Positions 53,376-61,153 of a DNA stretch of 64,000 nucleotides are shown here, one piece after another; positions within the stretch are counted from its first letter, which is position 1; every line of letters begins with the position of its first letter. The stretch lies in assembly GCA_044220955.1 (NCBI GenBank), contig JBGAQA010000019.1:26618-90617 (forward strand), given 5' to 3'. Position numbers and translations under genes: made by a program. Source of the DNA: Sandaracinaceae bacterium. Lineage in GTDB: Bacteria; Myxococcota_A; Polyangia; Polyangiales; Sandaracinaceae. The notes below the pieces were generated by a model. That model did not search any database and was not told the origin of the DNA. It saw only the letters and a program-made list of their open reading frames with translations.

Positions 53376-54818
53376 GTGCGCAACGCCGAGCAGTGGGTGC
53401 GAGGGCTCGTCGAGGCGCACCTGGCCGCGGAGCGAGCCCGGGTGCTGGCACGGGCGGGCGGGGGCGAGGCCGAGACGCAGGAGCGCCAGGCGAGCCGCGC
53501 GCGGGCCGCGCTCGGAGGGGGCGAGCCGCGCGAGGCGCTCGCGGAGGCGCGCGCCACGGGCGCGGTCGACGCGAGCTCGCACGCCGCGCTGCTCTGGCAC
53601 CTGGCCCAGGTCGCCGAGGCCGAGGTGGTGGCGCGCTCGGGGCTGGAGCTGGCGCTGCGCGCGGACGAGCGCGCGGTCCTCGCAGGAAACGAGCGAACGC
53701 TGGGCGATCTGTTGCGCGACGTGCGGCAGGCGGCCGCAGAGCCCAGCCGAGTCTCCCTCGCGGCCCTCGTCGCGCGGCAGGCGCGAGACCGCGACGCACG
53801 CCTGGAGGTCCTCGGCGACGGCCCGGAGCGAGCCGGGCAGATCCGCTCTCGCGGCGGGGCTGCGCCGGACGCCGCGCCCGACTCGCTCCGCGGCGCGTGC
53901 AGCGCGCTGCTCGAGCGAACCGACGACGCGGCGGCCGACCTCGTGGCGCGGGCCGAGCACGAGCTGCGCGGCACGCCGCCGTCGCTCATCCGTCGCGTGC
54001 GCGCGCTCACCCTGCCCGATCTCGATGCGATCGCGACGCCCCGCGGACGCTCGCGCCGAGTGGAGTCGGTCTTCACCGCGCTCGACCTCGGACGCGAGCT
54101 CGCGCGCCGGGTCGAGGCGCGCCGTGGCGTGCTCCTCGACGCGCGTCCTGTCGTCACGTGCGCGCGCGGCCGCGCGACCGTCGTCTCCCCCGGCGTCGAG
54201 CTCGGGGTCGAGAGCGAGCGCCGAATGCTCGGGGCGGCCGCCACCGCCCTCGCGCGCGCGCTCGCGTCCCCCTCGCTCCCCGTCGAGCACGACGCGCCGC
54301 CGGCGGGCAGTGCGGCCCAGGCGATCGGCGCTCTCTTCGAGCAGCTCTTCGCCGACGCCCGGCTCGCGGGACGCGTCCTCGACTGCGGCGAGCGCGAGCG
54401 CGCGCGGATCGCGGTGGCCTGCGCGGCGGCGTGTGTCCTCGAGGCCCGGCATGCCTGCGCGCACGTGCTCTCGGATGCGAGCGCTCGGGCCGACGACGCG
54501 ACGCGGGAGCTCGCCGCACGCGCGCTTCGGCTCGACCCGGCGCTCGTGCCCATCGAGCTCGCGCTCCCCTCGCGGCAAGGCGTGGGCGTGCTCGAGACGC
54601 GCGCGCGCGCCGCGCTGGCGGCGCTGGCCTGGGTGCCTGCGCTGAGGGACCGCTACGACGAAGACTTCTTCCGCAACCCGCGCCTGGCCGACTTCCTCCG
54701 CGGCGCCGCGGCGCGCGGAGGAACGGTCTCCGCGGAGACGCTCTGCGCCGAGCTGGGAACGGCGCCCGAGCACGCCGTGCGAAGGGTCGTGGAGCTGGCC
54801 GAGCGGGCCAGTGGTTGA
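53376..54818 (+). CDS. Hypothetical protein, possibly a degenerate peptidase M3-like fold
   Basis: Long ORF with coding bias; C-terminal LRDRYDEDFFRNPRLADFLR; no HEXXH motif. Confidence 0.55.
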   Translation: MRNAEQWVRGLVEAHLAAERARVLARAGGGEAETQERQASRARAALGGGEPREALAEARATGAVDASSHAALLWHLAQVAEAEVVARSGLELALRADERAVLAGNERTLGDLLRDVRQAAAEPSRVSLAALVARQARDRDARLEVLGDGPERAGQIRSRGGAAPDAAPDSLRGACSALLERTDDAAADLVARAEHELRGTPPSLIRRVRALTLPDLDAIATPRGRSRRVESVFTALDLGRELARRVEARRGVLLDARPVVTCARGRATVVSPGVELGVESERRMLGAAATALARALASPSLPVEHDAPPAGSAAQAIGALFEQLFADARLAGRVLDCGERERARIAVACAAACVLEARHACAHVLSDASARADDATRELAARALRLDPALVPIELALPSRQGVGVLETRARAALAALAWVPALRDRYDEDFFRNPRLADFLRGAAARGGTVSAETLCAELGTAPEHAVRRVVELAERASG

Positions 54819-54849
54819 TTCGCCGCCCGAGGCTCCTCACACTCCGCGC

Positions 54850-56187
54850 GTGACCTCCGCAGCTTCGTCCTTCGCCTCCGAGCTCGAGGCTCGCCGCCTG
54901 ACCTTCCTCACCCACATGGGCCCCGGGAGCGTCGCGGTCGTCGCCTCCGCGCCCGTTCACATCCGCAACAACGACGTCGAGCACCCCTACCGCCAGGACA
55001 GCGACTTCTTCTATCTGACGGGCCTGGACGAGCCCGAGAGCCTCGCCGTCTTCTCGAACGTGCATGGGCAGCACCGCTACGTGCTGTTCCTGCGCCCCAA
55101 GGACCCGGAGCGGGAGACGTGGGACGGGCCGCGCGTCGGCGTCGAGGCCGCGCCGGCCAGGCTCGGCTGCGACGCCGCCTTCCCGAACGCCGAGCGCCAG
55201 GAGAAGCTGCCCGGCTACCTCGAGAACGCCACGGTGCTGCACTACTCGCTGGGTCGCGACCCGGTCGCGGACGCGCAGATCCTGCGCGCCCGGGATCTCG
55301 TGCGCCGCCGGGCGCGCCTCGGCGTGCTCTACCCCGCGACGATCACCGATCTCTCTTCCGCTTTGCATCCGCTGCGCCTCTTCAAGTCCGCGCGCGAGAT
55401 CGCGGTGATGCGGCGCGCGGCCGAGATCACGCGCGAAGCCCACGCCGCCGCGATGCGCGTCGCCCGCCCAGGCGTGCACGAGTTCGAGGTCGAGGCCGAG
55501 ATGATCCGCTCGTTCCGCCGTCACGGCGGCGAGCGCCCCGCGTACGAGCCGATCGTGGGCTCGGGCCCGAACGCGACGATCCTGCACTACCGCAAGAACG
55601 ACCGGCGGCTCGAGGAGGGCGACCTGCTCCTCATCGACGCCGGTGCCGAGCTCGAGTACTACGCGAGCGACGTCACGCGGACCTTCCCCGTCGGCGGCCG
55701 CTTCTCCCCGGCGCAGCGGCGCGTCTACGACGCGGTGCTGCGCGCGCAGGAGCTGACGATCGCGGCCGCGCGTCCGGGGGCCACGATCGAGGGCCTGCAC
55801 CGCGTCACGCTGCGCTCCATCACCGAGAGCCTCATCGCGATGGGGCTCGTCGAGGGCCCGCTGGAGCACGCGCTCGAGAAGGAGCTCTTCAAGCCGTTCT
55901 ACATGCACCGGACCTCGCACTGGCTCGGCATGGACGTCCACGACGTCGGCAGCTACTTCGTGCAGGGCGAGCCCAAGCCTGCGCCGCGGGTGCTCGAGCC
56001 CGGCCAGATCCTGACGATCGAGCCCGGGATCTACGTGGGGAGCACCACGAAGGCGCCCGACGAGTACATGGGCATCGGGGTGAGGATCGAGGACGACGTG
56101 CTCGTCACGTCCGACGGGCCGGACGTGCTCACGCGCGGCATCCCGAAGAAGCCCGACGAGCTCGAGGCGATCCTCGCGGCCCGCTGA
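54850..56187 (+). CDS. pepP: Xaa-Pro aminopeptidase (alternative start 54811)
   Basis: YRQDSDFFYLTG, LHY, IDAGAE..YASDVTRT, HWLGMDVHD, TIEPGIY and GVRIEDD motifs. Confidence 0.95.
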   Translation: MTSAASSFASELEARRLTFLTHMGPGSVAVVASAPVHIRNNDVEHPYRQDSDFFYLTGLDEPESLAVFSNVHGQHRYVLFLRPKDPERETWDGPRVGVEAAPARLGCDAAFPNAERQEKLPGYLENATVLHYSLGRDPVADAQILRARDLVRRRARLGVLYPATITDLSSALHPLRLFKSAREIAVMRRAAEITREAHAAAMRVARPGVHEFEVEAEMIRSFRRHGGERPAYEPIVGSGPNATILHYRKNDRRLEEGDLLLIDAGAELEYYASDVTRTFPVGGRFSPAQRRVYDAVLRAQELTIAAARPGATIEGLHRVTLRSITESLIAMGLVEGPLEHALEKELFKPFYMHRTSHWLGMDVHDVGSYFVQGEPKPAPRVLEPGQILTIEPGIYVGSTTKAPDEYMGIGVRIEDDVLVTSDGPDVLTRGIPKKPDELEAILAAR

Positions 56188-56211
56188 TCTCTCCCTCTCG
56201 CGCTCGCCCGA

Positions 56212-57243
56212 CTACCAGCGGCCCTGGATGTTCCGCATGAACTCGTACGGGTAGCCGAGCTCCGGTGCGCTGGCGTCGTCGAGCGTCTTGGCCTGCGCCG
56301 CCGTGAGCTTGGTCGTCGCCGCGCCGAGGTTGTCCTTCAGCTGCTCGAGCGATCGCGCCCCGAAGATCACGGACGTGACGGCCGGCTTGGCGAGGAGCCA
56401 AGCGAGCGCGACCTGCGAGAGCGTGGCGCCGGTCTCCTTCGCGACGGCCTCGAGCGCCGCGAGCGTCTTCCAGTTGCGCTCGTGGTCGAAGCGCGCGCGC
56501 GTCAGCTGCCACTTCTCGGCTGCGAGCCTCGAGCCCTCGGGCGGCTTCTCGCCCTTCTTGTACTTGCCCGAGAGAAACCCGCCCGCGAGCGGGGACCAGG
56601 GAAGGATGCCGACCCCGAAGCGCTGCGCGAGCGGCACGTGCTCGCGCTCGAGCTCGCGCGAGACGAGCGAGTACTGAGCCTGGAGCGAGACGAAGCGCTC
56701 GAGGCGCAGCCGATCGCTCGCCCAGAGGCTCTCGACGAGCCGGTAGGCCGCGTAGTTCGAGCAGCCGAGGTAGAGCACCTTGCCCGCGCGAACCAGGTCG
56801 TCGAGCGCGCGCAGAGTCTCCTGCTCCGGAGTGTCGAAGTCCTGCATGTGGATCTGGTAGAGGTCGATGCGGTCGGTCCCGAGCCGCTTCAGCGACGCCT
56901 CGACCGCCCGAACGATGCGGTAGCGCGACGCCCCGGTGCCGTTGGGGCCGGCGCTCATGCGAAAGCGGAACTTGGTGGCGAGCACCGTCGCGTCGCGCGA
57001 CCCGCGCTCGGCCATCCACTTGCCGACCACGCGCTCGCTGAGCCCGTCCTGGCCGTAGACGTCGGCCGTGTCCACGAAATTCACGCCCGCCTCGCGCGCG
57101 GCGTCCATGATCGCGAACGACGTCGCCTCGCTGGCGCCGACGCCGTGCATGAACGATTTCTCGTCCGCCTCCCCGAAGGTCATCGCCCCGAGACACAGCG
57201 AAGACACCTCGAGGCCGCTCTTACCCAGGCGCCGATACTCCAT
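56212..57243 (-). CDS. Aldo/keto reductase
   Basis: MEYRRLGKSGLEVS, DTADVY, SLKRLGTDRIDLYQIH and PWSPLAGG motifs; GGAGG RBS. Confidence 0.95.
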   Translation of the reverse strand: MEYRRLGKSGLEVSSLCLGAMTFGEADEKSFMHGVGASEATSFAIMDAAREAGVNFVDTADVYGQDGLSERVVGKWMAERGSRDATVLATKFRFRMSAGPNGTGASRYRIVRAVEASLKRLGTDRIDLYQIHMQDFDTPEQETLRALDDLVRAGKVLYLGCSNYAAYRLVESLWASDRLRLERFVSLQAQYSLVSRELEREHVPLAQRFGVGILPWSPLAGGFLSGKYKKGEKPPEGSRLAAEKWQLTRARFDHERNWKTLAALEAVAKETGATLSQVALAWLLAKPAVTSVIFGARSLEQLKDNLGAATTKLTAAQAKTLDDASAPELGYPYEFMRNIQGRW

Positions 57244-57315
57244 CGTTCCCTCCGGTGAGCGGCATTTCTCGGGGCTGCCGGCGCGCGCGTCAAGGGCTAC
57301 GCTGCCGTCCGCGCC

Positions 57316-57840
57316 GTGCGCCTTCGCTTCCTCGTCCCGATCGCCCTCGCCTGCGCCCTGCTCCCCGGCTGCGCAGGACAGACGCCCGTGCTCGAGGACG
57401 CGCTCGGGACGCGCGTGTCGTGGACCTGCCAGGTGCACGACTGCCAGGTGACGGGCACCAGCGTGGAGCCGCCGGACTGCGACGGCGACGACGTGTTCGT
57501 CGTCGGAGCAGGCGCCATCGCGGTCCTGTGCGCCGCGTCGGTGGCCGCCGACCACAGCCTCACGCTCCACGAGGCCACGTGCCGCCCGCTGATCTGTGCG
57601 AGCGAGGCCGACTGCCCCCAGTGGCCCGACCGGCGCTATGGCTGCGACGGGGGCTTCTGCACCACGAGCGAGCTCGCGCTCGACGCCCTCGACGTCGAGG
57701 CCGTCTGCCTGAGGAACGCCCGCCGCGGTCCGACCTGCGCCGCCATCGACGCCGACCCCACCGTGATCGCGGCCGCATCGACGGCAGCGAGCGCGTGCGC
57801 GACGGGCGGCTGCACGCTCCCGGCGGAGTGCCGCCCATGA
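57316..57840 (+). CDS. Cys-rich hypothetical lipoprotein
   Basis: Lipobox LPGC; many Cys; overlaps the next start (ATGA). Confidence 0.7.
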   Translation: MRLRFLVPIALACALLPGCAGQTPVLEDALGTRVSWTCQVHDCQVTGTSVEPPDCDGDDVFVVGAGAIAVLCAASVAADHSLTLHEATCRPLICASEADCPQWPDRRYGCDGGFCTTSELALDALDVEAVCLRNARRGPTCAAIDADPTVIAAASTAASACATGGCTLPAECRP

Positions 57841-58811
57841 GCCTGCTCCTGCGCGCGAGAGAGACGGCCCTCGGACACGTGGCGACCGTCTCCGGCTTCG
57901 CGAGAGGGGTCGTGCGCCCGCATCCGGAGCCCGCGGGCGAGCCGTTCCTCGCGGCGCTCAGCGATCCCGATCACGGTCCCATCCCGCTCACGGGGCACCT
58001 CGCGAACGGACAGGCGCGCTCGCTCGTCGTCGTCGTTCACGGGATGGGCGGCGGGATCACGAGCCCCTACGCCGTCCGTCTGGCGCACGCGGCGCTCGAC
58101 GCGGGGCACGCGGCGCTGCGCGTCCACCTCCGCGGCGCGAGCGGTGACGGGAGCGACCTCTATCACGCAGGGCTCGGCGACGACCTCGCGCAGCTCGTCC
58201 GCGCTCCCGCGCTCGCGCGCTTCGAGCGCGTCGCGATCGTCGGCTACTCGCTCGGGGGGCACATCGCGCTGCGTCACGCGGCAGACGGCCCCCACGACCC
58301 GCGCCTCGCCGCCGTCGCGTCGGTGTGTCCGCCGATCGACCTCGAGCGAGGCACCCGCGCCATCCAGCGTCTGGACCGCCGTCCTTACCAGGAGTACGTG
58401 CTGCGCAGCCTCCGCAGGCAGCTCGAGGAGGTGCGCGCGCGTCATCCCGGGCGCGTGCCGGCGGTCGACGCTCGCGCGCTCCGGACGATCCGGGACTGGG
58501 ACGAGCGCGTCATCTGCCCGCGCTTCGGGTTCGCGAGCCTCGAGGCCTTCTACCGGGACCAGACCGTCGGCCCGCGCCTGCGCGCGATCAACCTCCCGAC
58601 GCTGGTCGTCGTCGCGGAGCGCGACCCGATGATCGCCGTCGAGACCGTCGTTCCCTCGCTGGCCCGCGCGAGCGAGCGCGTGACCGTGGTGCGCAAGCAG
58701 CGCGGCGGGCACGTGGCGTTCCCGCACGACGTCGGCCTCCTCGGGCCGCGCGGAGAGACCATCGAGCGCGAGATCGTCCGCTGGATCGACGCCGCGTTCG
58801 ACCGCCATTGA
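57837..58811 (+). CDS. Alpha/beta hydrolase, YheT-like
   Basis: VHGMGG, LRG, YHAG, GYSLGG, DPMI and GGHVAF motifs. Confidence 0.88.
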   Translation: MSLLLRARETALGHVATVSGFARGVVRPHPEPAGEPFLAALSDPDHGPIPLTGHLANGQARSLVVVVHGMGGGITSPYAVRLAHAALDAGHAALRVHLRGASGDGSDLYHAGLGDDLAQLVRAPALARFERVAIVGYSLGGHIALRHAADGPHDPRLAAVASVCPPIDLERGTRAIQRLDRRPYQEYVLRSLRRQLEEVRARHPGRVPAVDARALRTIRDWDERVICPRFGFASLEAFYRDQTVGPRLRAINLPTLVVVAERDPMIAVETVVPSLARASERVTVVRKQRGGHVAFPHDVGLLGPRGETIEREIVRWIDAAFDRH

Positions 58812-58849
58812 CGCCACGCGCGCGCTCCTTCGATGCTGCGCCACCCACG

Positions 58850-59488
58850 ATGAACCCGTCCACCGCGGCGCTCCGTCGCTACACGTCGCTGCCGGCGCTG
58901 CTCTATCTGCTCCGCCGGCGCGCGCTCACGCTCGTCCCGCCGGCCAGCTGGGAAGATCGCAACGACAGCCGGTACCTCGAGCTCTATCGAGAGCGCAAGA
59001 GCCTCGGCGCGGTGCGGGCGCTCTGCTTCACCGAGACGGGCGAGACCTTCCACCACTGGCGTGTGTTCACGGAGCCGGTGAGCGGTGTCTGTGTCCAGTT
59101 CTCCCGCGCGACCCTCCTTCGCGCGGTCGCGCGCGAGCCCGGCCTCCGGCACGGCCGCGTTCGATACGTGCGCCTGAGCGACGCGCGCACGCGACCGCCC
59201 GCCCTCGAAGCGCTGCCCTTCGTGAAGCGCTGGGCCTTCCAGGACGAGCGCGAGTACCGGCTGATCTGGCATGGCGCCGACCCCCACGTCGGGGCGCACG
59301 ACGTCGCGATCCCGCTCCACGCGATCCGGAGCGTGACCCTGGCCCCCGGCATGCACGCCTCGCTGGCGCGCGAGGTGAAGGAGACCCTCCGCTGCGTGCC
59401 CGGCTGCGCGCGGCTGCCCGTCGTGCACTCCAAGCTGCTGGAGAGCGCCGAGTGGGTCCGCCTGGGCTCGCGCGCCGCGCCGCCATAG
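58850..59488 (+). CDS. DUF2971-like protein
   Basis: YTS..L, W.D.ND, CFT..ETFHHW..F..GVCVQF, VRY and F.KR.AF.DE.EYR motifs. Confidence 0.7.
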   Translation: MNPSTAALRRYTSLPALLYLLRRRALTLVPPASWEDRNDSRYLELYRERKSLGAVRALCFTETGETFHHWRVFTEPVSGVCVQFSRATLLRAVAREPGLRHGRVRYVRLSDARTRPPALEALPFVKRWAFQDEREYRLIWHGADPHVGAHDVAIPLHAIRSVTLAPGMHASLAREVKETLRCVPGCARLPVVHSKLLESAEWVRLGSRAAPP

Positions 59489-59549
59489 CGCCTGGGCCCG
59501 AACGGGCAGGCCGAGGGAAGGCGGCGTTTTCTGCTAGCGTTCACACCGC

Positions 59550-60074
59550 ATGGCGCATCCCAAGGTCGTCTACGCGTCGTACGACGGGTTTCTCAAGACC
59601 GTGATCGAGTCGTACTGGGAGACCCGCCGCAACTCGGCCCACTTCCTGGCGCTGCTGCTCGCGTCACGCGAGGCGTGGTCGGTCGCGTGGGCAGGGGTCA
59701 AGGCCGAGGACGCCCAGCGGCGCGCGCTCATGGGCGCGGGCGGCGCGGCCGCGATCTACGTGCTCCTGCGCATCTTCATCGGTGGGCCCATCGGCCTGGT
59801 GCTCACCGGCGTGTCGATCGCGTCGCTCGTCGCGGCCTACTCGTCGAACCACCGGCGCATCTGGGACCAGCAGGACCGCTACCGCAAGCTCATCGCCGAC
59901 TACCGGGTGAAGTACGATCGCGTCCGCGCCGACTGGCTCGAGGGAACGATCTCCGAGGAGAACCGGGACCTCATGATCGAGGGTCTGCTGAACCGCTTCA
60001 TGGAGGAGATGGACGACGACCCGGCGACCGGGCGCACGCCCGGCGTCACCAAGCCGGAGGAGAAGAAGCCGTGA
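59550..60074 (+). CDS. Hypothetical membrane-associated protein
   Basis: Coding bias; Gly-rich hydrophobic hairpin (GGPIGLVLTG); stop overlaps the pfkA start. Confidence 0.75.
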   Translation: MAHPKVVYASYDGFLKTVIESYWETRRNSAHFLALLLASREAWSVAWAGVKAEDAQRRALMGAGGAAAIYVLLRIFIGGPIGLVLTGVSIASLVAAYSSNHRRIWDQQDRYRKLIADYRVKYDRVRADWLEGTISEENRDLMIEGLLNRFMEEMDDDPATGRTPGVTKPEEKKP

Positions 60075-61153
60075 CGCGCATCGGCGTGCTCACCTCGGGC
60101 GGTGACGCCCCGGGGATGAACGCGGCGGTCCGCGCGACGACGCTCATCGCCGCGCAGGCGGGGGTCGAGGTCGTCGGGATCCTCCGCGGCTACGAGGGCC
60201 TGCTCGACCGTCACTGGCGCCCGCTCACGCGCCGCGCGGGCGAGCGGCTCGCGCCGACGCACGAGGTCGAGAACGCCGCCCAGCTGGGCGGCAGCATCCT
60301 CGGCTCGGCCCGCTGCAAGGCGTTCTACGAGCCGGCCGGTCGCGCGCGGGGCGCCGAGGCTCTGAAGGAGCTCGACGGGCTCGTGGTGATCGGAGGGAAC
60401 GGCTCGCTCACGGGCGCCCGGGCGCTCGCGGTGGAGCACGGCGCGAAGGTCGTCGGGATCCCGGCCTCGATCGACAACGACGTCGGATGCACCTCGAGCG
60501 CCATCGGCGTCGACACGGCGCTCAACACCATCGTGGAGGCCTGCGACCGCATCTCCGACACGGCCCGAGCCCATCGCCGCGCGTTCATCGTCGAGGTCAT
60601 GGGCCGGCAGTCGGGGTATCTGTGCATGGCGAGCGCGATCGCCGCCGGCGCCGACGCGGCGCTCTTCCGCGAGGACGGCCGATCACCGACGGACATCGTG
60701 CGCGCCGTCGCCGACGTGGTTCGGCGCGGGTTCGAGGGGGACCGCGCCAAGGATCGCATCCTCGTGATCAAGGCCGAGGGCGTGGAGGTGCCGTGCACGC
60801 GCCTCGCGCGAGAGGTCGAGGAGGCGCTGCGCCCCACGCTGGGCGACGTCGAGATCCGCGCGACCGTCCTCGGGCACGTCGTGCGGGGCGGGAGCCCGTC
60901 CTTCCTCGACCGGATGATCGCGAGCCGCTTCGCGCTCGGCGCGACGACGGCCCTGCTCGACGGCAAGACGAGCGTCATGACGGCCTGGCAGACGGCGAGC
61001 ACGGGCGGGGAGGCGACCCAGGATCGGAGCGTCACGCTCTTCGGGCTGGACCGGGTGCTGGAGGAGACCGCCGCCCTGCTCGACGGCACGAGCCTGGTCA
61101 CCAAGCACCGCGTGGCCCTGATGCAGAAGGCCGCCGGCGTCCTGTCGCTGTGA
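60071..61153 (+). CDS. pfkA: 6-phosphofructokinase
   Basis: IGVLTSGGDAPGMNAA, LGSAR, IGGNGS, PASIDND, VEVMGR and LGHVVRGG motifs. Confidence 0.95.
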   Translation: MTRIGVLTSGGDAPGMNAAVRATTLIAAQAGVEVVGILRGYEGLLDRHWRPLTRRAGERLAPTHEVENAAQLGGSILGSARCKAFYEPAGRARGAEALKELDGLVVIGGNGSLTGARALAVEHGAKVVGIPASIDNDVGCTSSAIGVDTALNTIVEACDRISDTARAHRRAFIVEVMGRQSGYLCMASAIAAGADAALFREDGRSPTDIVRAVADVVRRGFEGDRAKDRILVIKAEGVEVPCTRLAREVEEALRPTLGDVEIRATVLGHVVRGGSPSFLDRMIASRFALGATTALLDGKTSVMTAWQTASTGGEATQDRSVTLFGLDRVLEETAALLDGTSLVTKHRVALMQKAAGVLSL

